From: Psammoneis japonica
Lineage: Eukaryota
DNA: 20,000 bases
NCBI GenBank assembly: GCA_008632985.1
Contig: QPGO01000005.1
Location: forward strand, 495,863-515,862
Direction of reading: 5' to 3'
Under the pieces are notes generated by a model, which made no database searches, was not told the origin of the DNA, and was given only the letters and a program-made list of their open reading frames with translations. Shown here one piece after another: positions 1 to 10,600 of this stretch. Numbering within the stretch: position 1 is the stretch's first letter; every line of letters begins with the position of its first letter. A program made the position numbers and the translations under genes.

Positions 1-1000
1 TGGCATGCGGAGATCAAGAAAAGTGAGTGCGAGAAGTCCGGAGAAGCAAAAAGAAGAAGAAGAAAGCGCCGACCGGTGACACGGAGAAGGTGAAGGCAAT
101 GAACAGCCCAATGGTGGAGAGCAGCAGGGATGATGACAGCAACAACGATGAGCAGGAGGAAGGCGCAAAAGGCAAAACGGACGAGGGAGGAGACGAGTCC
201 GATGGAGACGAGTCCGACAATGATCGTCAGCTTAGTTCAAGAGAGTTGCAGCAAGAAAATGTGCGCACAGTTGGCATGGCACTCAGTCATTGCACTGCAG
301 ATGTAACAAGGGATTGACTTAACCGATGAAATGCTTTTCTTGTTTAAAATGATGTTTGCGAAAATTGACAAACCAAGGATTGTGTGGCAATGCAATTGCG
401 CACTGGCATGTGGCAACAAGGTGGAGGCAGAAACAGTGATGTGGGTGTGCAGTGAAAAATGGCACACACAATTCTCAATGAGTCATTGCAACATTGGCAC
501 ACCAAACTTGTAANTTCATTGCACAACAATTTTTTTGCAACATTTTGACAAATTGTCATCATGCAAATCTGCACATTTTTAACATTTCGTGCACTCTGAT
601 GTTCTGTTGACTGCAATTGCGGTGCAAGGTCAAACGAGACAAAGACTTCAACGAGGTCACAAACAGCGAAGCCCGTTGCATGCAACGGCTCTCCAACAAC
701 TGATTCATTCATCAGAGACAGACAGCACAGCCCGCCATCCAGGCCCGCCAGACCAACAGGAGAGTGGTCTGTGCCCCCCCCTTGCTCACACACTCGAGGG
801 TTTTCCACAGGCTCTGAGCCTGTGGGTTTTCACCACCCGTTTCACCATTCCCCAGCAGGCCAGAACCGAGCCGCGGCAACCTCACTCTTTCTTTCCAGAT
901 GAACAGAGAGCGGATGTGCTTCTGAATTCGAGATTCGAGAAGCCTATTTTGACCATTGGTGAACCCTGTGTGTGACGAGGCTGGCAACCGTATTTTTCTT
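1..1000. other. TpA-depleted degenerate region, probable mutated repeat/transposon remnant (includes a K/E/D-rich ORF fragment 27-317 and an N at 514)
   Basis: Hand count gives only 6 TA dinucleotides in 1-940, despite an AT-rich stretch at 300-600. TG/CA is abundant. No recognisable protein family. Repeat origin is inferred from the similar signature in the retroelement at the right end. Confidence 0.45.
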
Positions 1001-1087
1001 TTGCACGGCGAACAAGAAAAAAAAAAATCTCGGTGACACCACCCTCGACACTTTAATACAGTACAGTATCGTACACGAAATTTCACC

Positions 1088-2716
1088 ATGTCGGAACGCG
1101 GTGCCAACCAAAACAGCTTGGCAACCGAGCTCCAGGTCTTGTTGAGGCCTCTCGCGAACAACAAAGCTCCGGAGCTTTCGATTCTCGCCGCGGCATCGAT
1201 GCCCGCTGATGCGAAACGTAGAAGCAATAGTGATTCCGAAGGCAACGGACTCATTTTCAAGCACATCGAATCCGATCAGCTGAGACTCTTTGAACGGCAC
1301 GTTGGGCCGTATCAGGAAGTGCTGGGCAATGCTCTTATGCACACTCGAAATCTTCGCAGCGATGAAATCTTTGAGTTCGAGTCAGATGTCGACGAACCTG
1401 TCAGTGGGGAACGATTTGAGCATCCAATCAATCGTTTAATCCAAGGACCTCGGCCAGATCTATGTGTCTGGGTGGGGTTATTTCTGGGGAGAGACGCGGA
1501 ACAGCGAGCTCGTGCTCAGTTTGAAGAAAACAGAGAGGAAGGAGAGCCATGTTATGGAAATGTACTCACTGACATCGAGCAGGCAGCATCGGGATTGTCC
1601 ATATTGCAGTTGCTCCGAAATATCCTAAAGTATCTCTCGGAAGAAGCTCGTCGACTGGGTGATGCAGCCAAAATGCTACGCTTCTGTGCGCTTTATGGCT
1701 TGAGTGGTGCCATGTCGGATGTCTTGGATGGAAAATATGGTGCAGTTGGCCAACAAGGTACCGTTCTTACGATTGACACGGCACTGCCCGCAAAGTCGGA
1801 TGACGACTATACGGATGATGATGATGATGATTATGATGATGATTATGATTTTTTATATGGAAGCCTTTTAAGCATGCCAGCATATTCGTTCGGAGTCACT
1901 CTGGGGTATTGTAACGTCGTGCGCCAGGCGATCACGTGCTGTGGTGCCAACATCGATGCGAAGTTCTATTTGAAGGACGGCCCGTTTGAACCACGCGAGT
2001 TCGACGGCTTGCCAGCGCAGATGTTGCTATGGGCGATCAAGAGAAATCAACTAGAAATGGTCAAATGCTTGGTGAGGGACTTTGGGTTTCAGTTTCGGTG
2101 GTTGGCGACTAGTACCTTCGAGGAGCTATACGACCTACTCTTTCACATTGACGCCGTGAACGACGAGTACGGTCCTTGGCGAGGGCTACAGTACGATTCT
2201 GAGAGATGTATGTTTGTTCTAAGTGTGCAGCGCAAATACCGTGCATATGGTTGTTACCAGCGCAAACAGGCAATGCTCAAGGCCTTGATTGAAGTTGGTC
2301 TCCCGCAAGAACTGCTTCTCCCGCAACTAGACCTGACTCGTGATAAAGAAGTGTGGAGCCAAGTTCAAGCCCGTGGCGGTGACAGCAGTAGCGATACATC
2401 GCAAGAGTACTTGAAGTCACTCAGTCGTGTGGAACGTCGTGCCCGTGAGAAGGTCTTTACGGCGACGGCTGAAGCCAACGAGCATCGGAAGGAAATGGAC
2501 GAGCTGACGTACATTGCCTTTTACGAAGACCATGCCCAGAGCCTGTGGGAGAATCAGCCGACGGTGCAGGCGACAAGGCTTTCCAAAAAGGAAGATTTTG
2601 ATCCACGCTGGAAGGAATACGAAGAAAAGGGAGAAGACGCGTTCCTGCCGTGGTGGGCTTGCAAAAGCGAGTACGATGACACTGATTCTGACATGGAGGA
2701 CACCGACTATTACTAG
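1088..2716 (+). CDS. Intronless hypothetical protein (542 aa) with a possible ankyrin-like helix pair and an Asp/Tyr-rich tract
   Basis: Long ATG-initiated ORF. LLWAIKRNQLEMVKCLV resembles an ankyrin repeat core. Acidic run SDDDYTDDDDDDYDDDYD and acidic C-terminus. Confidence 0.75.
   Translation: MSERGANQNSLATELQVLLRPLANNKAPELSILAAASMPADAKRRSNSDSEGNGLIFKHIESDQLRLFERHVGPYQEVLGNALMHTRNLRSDEIFEFESDVDEPVSGERFEHPINRLIQGPRPDLCVWVGLFLGRDAEQRARAQFEENREEGEPCYGNVLTDIEQAASGLSILQLLRNILKYLSEEARRLGDAAKMLRFCALYGLSGAMSDVLDGKYGAVGQQGTVLTIDTALPAKSDDDYTDDDDDDYDDDYDFLYGSLLSMPAYSFGVTLGYCNVVRQAITCCGANIDAKFYLKDGPFEPREFDGLPAQMLLWAIKRNQLEMVKCLVRDFGFQFRWLATSTFEELYDLLFHIDAVNDEYGPWRGLQYDSERCMFVLSVQRKYRAYGCYQRKQAMLKALIEVGLPQELLLPQLDLTRDKEVWSQVQARGGDSSSDTSQEYLKSLSRVERRAREKVFTATAEANEHRKEMDELTYIAFYEDHAQSLWENQPTVQATRLSKKEDFDPRWKEYEEKGEDAFLPWWACKSEYDDTDSDMEDTDYY
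1799..1849 (+). repeat. Coding GAT/TAT microsatellite (poly-Asp with Tyr)
   Basis: gatgatgatgatgatgattatgatgatgattatgat lies within the 1088-2716 ORF. Confidence 0.8.
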
Positions 2717-3172
2717 ATTAGCTGGACTAGCTAGTAGCCAGTTGAAGTGTTTTATTGACGTGCTTCTTCGGAACCTACAATACTTTTGTTTCCTGTAAGC
2801 ATGGTACGCCGATTGTAATTGCTATGAAAATGTTATATTTCTGGTGAAATCTCAATTGCGAGAAGCCCGCAAGACAATTGGTGCCGGATGAGATGGACGA
2901 CATTATGGTCCTACACATAGTCTATGTTCTCATGAATTGCAGGTGCAATAATGCGGTTGATGAATTGACACTGACGTCAGAAATCCGATGGTGCGTGCTT
3001 GATTGAAGTACTACAGCAGTAGAGAGCACATTGCTGCTCCAGATTTTTCAGCGAATGTGCCGCAGAAGAGAGTACGGAAACGAAATTTTCGCACTGGCGA
3101 AGAGTTTCACAAAAATCTTGAAAACCTTCATTGGAACGAGCTGAGATTGTGTAGCTGCAAAGTCATCGAACG

Positions 3173-4372
3173 ATGTCCCTCCAAGGCAAATATCATCCAG
3201 GTATATGCGAGGCAACAGCCTACGGGAAGCGCTACGGCAAGAATTTGACTCCTCAGCGATATGATTCTCCGGGTCATTGCTGGCACTTGGCAAAAGACAA
3301 GAATTGGTCAACGTGGAGCTGTTGTGGGGGCAAGGCAAACTCGCCGCCCTGTCAAGATCGTCCAGCTGGATACCTTCATTCATCAACTTCAAACAGTGGT
3401 CAAGACGTTGGTGTGGGAGCATACATCCAATTCTTGATTAATAACCGCGATCGCGTTCTTGTTGTGGGCGAGAACACCCGGTGTTGGCTGCTTTCATCCG
3501 GGCGAGTAGCCAAAAAGGGAACACAGTACGTATCATGGGTGTGGGCGAAGGATGCCGAAGATGACAAAAGACTATCCAGCGAGTTGCGATCTCTGCTCAG
3601 CGTTCAAGTCAATGGATTCTATTCGGTTGGGACATGGGGCTATCATACCGCTGAATCGGTAGGTCAGGCGTTGCCAGGATTTTCTCCAAGCCCTCCTGGT
3701 GCAGAGATTTGTGGCCGCTACAAAGTGCTGTATGTGGCAGCACTCCGCTATGATCAAAATCGGCGTCAAGCTTCTAGTTTGCTTCGTAGAGTCCCGAAGA
3801 GTGGGCAGCTCGTCCTTTCCAGTAGCTCTAAACGATTCTCTGTCGGCGTGTCTGACAACACGGGACGCCGAACAGAGCACGTCACAAGCCAAACGATTCT
3901 CTATGGACATGTGCTCCTCCAAGACGAAGGGTCTTCAATCGATCGCTACTTTGGGCCTGGCTATCGGTTCTATGGGTTTGGAGCAGATTCAGAAGCCGCC
4001 GGCCGCTACACACACAAAGCATCCAACGCAGGCTTAATTGTGACATGCAGGAATGATAACAAGGGCCGGATCTATCAAGTTTCCGAGACGAAGGCTTTGC
4101 CTCTCGTTGAGAGTGAGCACAGTCCAATCGTCCCCAGCGCGTCTACCGAAACACAAAGTCGCGAAGCAAGGGAAGCTCAACGTATCTGTAGATGCCGTCA
4201 CTATTCCTTTTTATGCAAGAATTTAAGCCTACCTTGCAGTGTCGCAGCTCGAATTACAGCTTTTGCTTGTGAACTTCCTCCGTTCATCTTTGCTGAGCCT
4301 GGAGATGTTTGGATTGATGTTCGCCTTTCAACACCTGTGAGAACCTATGTCCTAGCTCGTCGAGTGGACTAG
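3173..4372 (+). CDS. Intronless hypothetical protein (399 aa) with an N-terminal BTK-type zinc-binding motif
   Basis: ATG ORF. YHPG...WSCCGGKANSPPC matches the YHP-x(n)-W-x-CC-x(7-8)-C pattern of the BTK motif. C-terminal LCKNLSLPCSVAARITAF is reminiscent of a SOCS-box-like LPxxxxxxI segment. Confidence 0.7.
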   Translation: MSLQGKYHPGICEATAYGKRYGKNLTPQRYDSPGHCWHLAKDKNWSTWSCCGGKANSPPCQDRPAGYLHSSTSNSGQDVGVGAYIQFLINNRDRVLVVGENTRCWLLSSGRVAKKGTQYVSWVWAKDAEDDKRLSSELRSLLSVQVNGFYSVGTWGYHTAESVGQALPGFSPSPPGAEICGRYKVLYVAALRYDQNRRQASSLLRRVPKSGQLVLSSSSKRFSVGVSDNTGRRTEHVTSQTILYGHVLLQDEGSSIDRYFGPGYRFYGFGADSEAAGRYTHKASNAGLIVTCRNDNKGRIYQVSETKALPLVESEHSPIVPSASTETQSREAREAQRICRCRHYSFLCKNLSLPCSVAARITAFACELPPFIFAEPGDVWIDVRLSTPVRTYVLARRVD

Positions 4373-4896
4373 ATGTTGGACTTTGTGACTAAGTGGGCGA
4401 GGTAGAGAGGTAGAAGAGCGAACGCATGATGCTGGTGACACCGGTGGAGATGCTATCCAACTAGCAGGCTCGTTGCACTAAACTGTTTTCGTGTGATGTA
4501 CCAAGAAAGAATGACATGTAATTGGTAGTATTGTCGTTAGAAATTTAGAAGTGTGACTCGATGTAGGTTATAGGTGGCTGCCTGCCTTGCGGATATTCTA
4601 ACCGATCCTACAGTATCTTCTCCTTCTAGGTGGTGCCCTCATAATCACACTAAAAGTTTTCCATTCGCACTTGTGTGTCACACCGAGCTTGGAATGCCCC
4701 TCGCTCTCTCTAGTAGAGCTGCTCTATTCTCTCTAGCTAGAGAGTAGAGAGAAACGGTATCCTTTGAGACCGCCATTTGGGCGGGGTGGAGAAAAAGTTT
4801 GGGTTATGAGTTTGTGCAGACACGGCTGACGAATGCCGCAACAACAAAGTGCGGCGATTGGCGATATTTCGTAACTTCCCTGCTGTTCTTTCGATC

Positions 4897-5512
4897 ATGG
4901 TGGATAAGAAACCGGCGCCGGTCCTTACTTTTGAAGAGCTTTCTGCATTCTCTCGAGTGAGTAATTTCCCATTCTTCTTTTTTGGCCAAGACATTGACAG
5001 CCAAATGTCTCTGGATGTGCAATACGTACAAATTGGTACTGGACCTACGTTGATGGATCTTCGTTCGTCTCATGTCGGAGCGGTGTTGCACATTCGTTAT
5101 ATCTCACGCATGTTGCTTCTTTTTGTTCTGAAAGGTGTTTGAAATATCTTGTGCTGAAGCTGCCAAGGCTTTCACAGTTTCTACAGCCGCCAAACATGGC
5201 CCTATGGACGGAGAGACAATTCGCGCTATGGTAAGAAAGTACTTTGTTGAATTGCCGAAATTTCCGTCTGTAAAAATGTTCTAACAAGTAGCTACTCTTT
5301 GATGGTTATCTCGGGCGTTGAATTAGACTGAACAATGCTTCAAGAATAGCTACACACAGACGACTGAGCTCTGTCCGGAAGAGTTCTCTGAACTTCGTGA
5401 TTGCATGAGGGCAAACCCTAAACGCTTTGCAAAATGCGCCTTGATTAGCGAAAAGTTAGAAGTATGTGCAGCGAAGAACAGGATTGGCGAAATGGCTGTG
5501 TTGAAAAAATAG
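4897..5512 (+). CDS. NDUFA8: NADH:ubiquinone oxidoreductase subunit NDUFA8-like CX9C protein, 113 aa; exons 4897-4956, 5135-5230, 5327-5512
   Basis: Manual splicing used donors GTGAGT 4957 and GTAAGA 5231 and acceptors AAG 5134 and TAG 5326. Product: MVDKKPAPVLTFEELSAFSR/VFEISCAEAAKAFTVSTAAKHGPMDGETIRAM/TEQCFKNSYTQTTELCPEEFSELRDCMRANPKRFAKCALISEKLEVCAAKNRIGEMAVLKK*. It has two perfect CX9C motifs and NDUFA8-like cysteine spacing. Confidence 0.75.
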
Positions 5513-5984
5513 TCTCGGGATAGCCCTTGATTACCGAATCATCGTAGTGATTACCGACCGTTTTCTCTCGTCCCATCGATATCTGCCGTACGTTGCTGAA
5601 AGAGGGCTTTTTGGTCATGCCTTCTATTCTTTCTTGTTAAAAGCTCAATGTAGCTAGGGCCCCTAGTCATCGTATCTTGCACTTCTCTTCGGGAAAGTCG
5701 AGGTGCTATGGTATGCTGTAGTCCTCTCTACTAGTTTTGGAATAAATAAACTCGGTTCGGTTCTCGACTTTCATTCCGATATCCGTCAGCGCGCGTGGCG
5801 CGCGGGCCTCGCCCGTCCTGTCCGTCCAACGTCCGTGGTGCGGTGAGTTCCCTACAGACCAGTCAGTCCGTCTACACGTGGAAGTCCAGAGGTCGGAGGC
5901 AAAAACAAAGAGTGAGAGAATCTCATCACTCATCATTCATCATGGCGCTTATCTATCGTCAGCAAAGCTAGCTCACTGTTGACA

Positions 5985-7454
5985 ATGAATCAAATATCGT
6001 TTTCGTCAATGCTATATCTGGTTGTTTATGTTGGCTCATGGTGTGATAGAAGATTTTCGTCTCACGCGTTTGTTCCAACCAGACGTTGCAGAAGTTTGGG
6101 AGGGTTGCCTCCTTCTTTGGTTTCGGTTCGAACAAGTTTTGACACGGGGTATAAGCCTCTGAATGTTGGGGACGGAGATTTCAGCCAAGAGGAGCAGGAA
6201 GAGGAGGCTCTTCAGTCGCTTCAAGATTATCATAGGGGAAATTGGAAGGGACGAGCTACATCCTTTTCTGTTACCGCGGACACAGCGGCTGGTATTGTGA
6301 AACGATACACAAGTCCCGAGTACCAAGCATCTGTTCGGCTTGACAGGGGAAGTCAAGATGCTTTATCAATGACGGAAACATTACAGTGGGAAGATAAGGT
6401 GGTTTCTCGAAATACTCCGCTTTACTCAAACATGGACGTCGATGCTGTTGATGCTTCGTATTCTGTTGATTCAACCTTGCCTACTCTCCCTTCCGACATC
6501 ATTGGCACGGACAAGTTGATTCAATTTGGAATTGAGCATTGTTTGGCAACATCTGATGACGAACGTGTAAGGTGCTTTGCATTGTATGGAGTGGATCAAG
6601 CCTTGGCGCGAATTGTAGTTTGCGAAGAAACAAGAGTTCAGTCGACAACAACTCCCGAACTGAACAGAAATGGGAAAAGTAGTGCTCCTCCCACTAGTTC
6701 TGATTCAATCCTTGGCAAAATTACTGAGAAATCTGATGACGGAAGCATTGCGCTATCACGATATCCAATAAGTCTGATGGATTTGACGTCAAACGTTTGG
6801 TTGGGAGACACTGTTGTTCGAGATTTGCCTCACGTCCCCGTCTCCAGTACCGTCGGTAGGGGCTTTGGCTCTTCCACAAATGCTAAGTCGAGTGCATCAC
6901 CTTCGTTCGCGAACTGGGAATTGGGAGTTCAAAAAGCCGCTTCTCGCTTTGAATGGGATTTTGATGAGTCGATTAGCGTCCTACATGACTTTGGAAGAGG
7001 AATGGGTGCGGAAACATCTCCCTCCTTGCCAAGAGCTTTGTCGGGCAGACTCTGTGTCAACGAAAGCTTCTCTCGTCGTATTCCAAAGGAAGAGAGGATG
7101 GTATACATCGATTATGACAACGGCGACCATTGCGGTTTTCTAGTGGGATCGGCATATGTACAGGTAAGTGTGATCCACCGTTCATGCTATTGGTCCCGGC
7201 GACGAGCTCAAAATGTTTCATTTTTCTTTCTTGTTCAGATTCCTCGCTTTGTTTCGTTTTCCTCAACATCTACGCAAGCAAAATCATTCTTTACAGACTT
7301 TTCCGTCTTCCAGTCAAATGCAGTTGCGACAGATGAAACAGAGAAAGAAATATGCTGTTCCAGAATCACACGATTGTACAACTTTGAGATGCAACTGAAA
7401 CAAGGAAGTACGTCATTTCTTACTATCAAAGAGTCGAGAGATCCTCGTCCATAG
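5985..7454 (+). CDS. Plastid-targeted protein, DUF3598-like (two beta-barrel-like halves); exons 5985-7163 and 7239-7454, 464 aa
   Basis: Hydrophobic N-terminus followed by SHA|FVP (ASAFAP-type cleavage motif) and an R/S-rich transit peptide. GNWKG and NVWLG motifs open the two halves. In-frame 75-nt intron CAG|GTAAGT...tttttctttcttgttcag. Confidence 0.75.
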   Translation: MNQISFSSMLYLVVYVGSWCDRRFSSHAFVPTRRCRSLGGLPPSLVSVRTSFDTGYKPLNVGDGDFSQEEQEEEALQSLQDYHRGNWKGRATSFSVTADTAAGIVKRYTSPEYQASVRLDRGSQDALSMTETLQWEDKVVSRNTPLYSNMDVDAVDASYSVDSTLPTLPSDIIGTDKLIQFGIEHCLATSDDERVRCFALYGVDQALARIVVCEETRVQSTTTPELNRNGKSSAPPTSSDSILGKITEKSDDGSIALSRYPISLMDLTSNVWLGDTVVRDLPHVPVSSTVGRGFGSSTNAKSSASPSFANWELGVQKAASRFEWDFDESISVLHDFGRGMGAETSPSLPRALSGRLCVNESFSRRIPKEERMVYIDYDNGDHCGFLVGSAYVQVSVIHRSCYWSRRRAQNVSFFFLVQIPRFVSFSSTSTQAKSFFTDFSVFQSNAVATDETEKEICCSRITRLYNFEMQLKQGSTSFLTIKESRDPRP

Positions 7455-7687
7455 CGTAACGCTATACCAAGAAGCACGAGGGATGTAAGGAAAGCTACAC
7501 ACGTTAAACAAGGACTAAGAATTTGCGACGTCTTTATTTTTTTCTGGACCCTTTCAAGGGTGTTCGATGCAGTATCCGATTCTCAGGTGGCGACGCAGAT
7601 AGAAAGGTATTCACGCATGAAATGAATTTCGCTGAAAATCAAAATAAAAGATTAGAACATGTTGCGTGTTTGTTGCGTTTCGGCCCT

Positions 7688-10600
7688 CTAGTAACTGCCT
7701 CGCGCTTGAAAAGACTCGACTTCACCGCTGCCCACGGACTCAGCAGCGATTTCATCGGCGCAATGCATGCGGATCCTTTCGCTCGTAGCCGGCATCCTCA
7801 TCTCAAAATATTCATCCTTATTTAACATGTCCTTTCTGCAGGAACGAACAGCATCCTTGATGGCATAGTAGACACTTGTGCCTAGAAAGAAAGGCGGCTC
7901 TCCGATGGCTTTGCTGCTATGAACAGCAAAAGGGTTATCCACGTTCTCCAAAAGAGACACGTTAAATGTCTCTGGCACATCGTTGAAAGCTGGAATCTTG
8001 TAGGTTCCGGGACCAGATGTGAACAATCTTCCTGTAGGCCGCACCCACGTGTGGTCGTCGTCTGCCCATACAACTTCTTCGATCGTACTCCAACCCATAC
8101 CTTGAATAAACGCACCTTCAACTTGTCCAATGTCAATAGCAGGATTGATACTTGAACCGACATCAATGATTATATCGGTACGAAGAGTGCGATGGTTTCC
8201 GGTAAGAACATCAATTTCGACCTCTGCGAACACAACTCCCTGTGTGAAATAGTTGAACGGGTGTCCCTTCCAAGAGTTTTCAGGCAGGGCCGAGGAGTAG
8301 TCATCGGGCTTTGCTTTTGCCCAATCGAATCCGCAGCGACTGCTGTCAAGGGCAAAGAAACCGTGAGCCGAGAGGTCGATCCTATCCATGTGCGCGGCAG
8401 ACGCTACAGCGCTCAACGGGGCATCCGGTCCAAGCTTTTCCCTTACTGGTTCCAACCGAGCCAAGATCTGGCGACACGCATCCAGAGTGGCCATGCCATA
8501 TGTATCAGTGCTCATTGAAGCAGCAGTTGGAATGCTAGAGAGACAAGGTTTAAGAGGAGGACGACATGAGACGAGACTTGCACGATGTGTAGGTGCTGTA
8601 TGTGCAGACTCCGGATCACTTACGTGTTTGCCACCTTGTCGGTACTGGAGTCGTTGACATAGACATCTTCAACGGGGATTCCGAAGGCTTGTGCAGCCAC
8701 TTGGCAGACCTTAGTGTGCAGGCCTTGCCCCATTTCTGTACCACCGTGAGAAACGAGCACAGTTCCGTCCGTGTACAAGTGGACCAAAGCCCCGCCTTGG
8801 TTCATGAATTTTGCGGTGAAAGCAATTCCAAACTTAGTGGGCACAACAGACACTCCTCGCTGCAACCACTTGTTCTTGGAGTTGAAATCAGCAGCTTCGG
8901 CGCGTCGCCGTGCCACTCCTAGTTCGTTGTAGATCCTGTCCCACATGGTGGGAACGTTCCACTTCCCACTATACTGTTCCCCGATCACCATTCCAAACGG
9001 GGTACTCTGTCCTACCTTGTACATATTGCTACGGCGAATCGTGTCGCCAGGCACCTTGCAAGCCACTACCAAGTGATCAATTACATGCTCGGCGATAGCC
9101 ATTCCTTGCGGTCCCCCAAATCCGCGGAACGCAGTGTGAGGTGGCTACTCGAGAGAAAGAAGAGAAAATGTTGTTAATTCTGCGTGTGTAACAGTCCACA
9201 GGGATGCTTGCATAAATAAATCATACCTGAACCGTTTTGCACGGTACACCTTCTGCCCGGAAATTGGGCCAGTAGTAACAACCGTCAACGTGAAAGAGGG
9301 CGCGGTCCATGACAGGGGAAGACAAATCGAGCGCACAGCCACCGTTATTGTACAGTTTGGCGTCGAAAGCGTGCAACTTCACCCCCTCTTCGGTAATTAC
9401 AGCACTGGCCTCGTAGAAAGCAACGAAGGCATGCCTCATACCGGTAATGCTCATGTCAACATCGCGACCGAGCGTCAACCGCACCGGACGACTGCTAAGT
9501 TTTGCAGCTACAGCAGCAGCGCAGGAGGCGAAAACGCTTCGCGTTTCCTTCCCACCAAAGCCACCACCCATGCGTTTCATACGCACTACTACTTTCGAAG
9601 CCGGGGTACCGGTAGTTGACGCACAGTATGTCTGAGTCTTGGTCGGTGCCTGAGAGGACGTGTAAATGGTGAGGTTGGTATCAGATTCGGAGGGAACAGC
9701 CAAAGTTGAGTTCGTTTCAAGATAAAAATGCTCTGTGGCACGTCAGAAAGCGAAGAAATGGGGATGAGAAACAAGATGATGCGGAGCCGATATGAAAAAC
9801 CTCGATACAAGTCACCTTGACAGCCAGAACGAAATGACCCAGAGACTTTGATGACATCGCCTACACTAGGATTCTCGTTTCCCTCAGCAAGATCTTTCAG
9901 CTTGTCAATCTCGCCAATGTCACCACGTTCCATAGAGTGACGGGCGTACTCATAATAGCTATTACCGGCAATAGCATCTTCGATGCTAACGATTGGCTTC
10001 TCTTGCACTTCACCGTATTCCACTTTGACTGAGCGAGCTCCTGCTTCCGCGCTTTCAAGGCTCTCGGCCACCACAATTCCAAGTACTTGTCCGACTGTCG
10101 TTACTTTCTCGCCAAGTGGGAGGAACAAAACCTCATCGTGGACTACGGGGCCAAGCTCATTGTTTCCTCCAATGCTCGCAAGATCTTTGTGAGTGTATAC
10201 CCCTACAACACCAGGAACCTTCAGTGCTTCTTCCGCATCAATCGATTCCATTGTTGCACCACATTGACTTGATAGAATCATGGCGGCCTGAAGAGTGGAA
10301 GGAGGAAGGGGTATATCATCTGTATAGAGAGCCTCACCAGTACAATGCAGTGGTCCAGACTGGTGAGTGGTCGGTTTTCCAACCGTCTCATTCGATTTGC
10401 TAGCATCAGCCGCCGCCTTGGCCATAGGATACATTTTCTCTTCGAGGCCCCGCGCCACCTTTGGAGCAGGGTATTTCTGCACTCCCTTATAGGAAGGTTT
10501 CTGTTCCATCAAAAAGTTCTGCACGCCACTCACTTCGGTTTCATCCACAGATGGCACCGGTGGCAACGATGTGTTCCCAGATGATTCAATATCCTTCTTG

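Noticed and set aside
14..975. Several overlapping Cys/His-rich ORFs (237-467, 331-513, 344-808, 589-975)
   Set aside because: Loss of TA removes TAA/TAG stops and inflates Cys/His, so open frames are expected by-products. No family motifs.
1057..1068. TACAGTACAGTA and its reverse complement at about 14868-14879 as terminal inverted repeats of a large element
   Set aside because: It is a short low-complexity motif, and the enclosed 13.8 kb holds ordinary housekeeping genes and no transposase.
4849..5142. 97-aa ORF in the track
   Set aside because: It is exon 1 of the NDUFA8-like gene read through intron 1.
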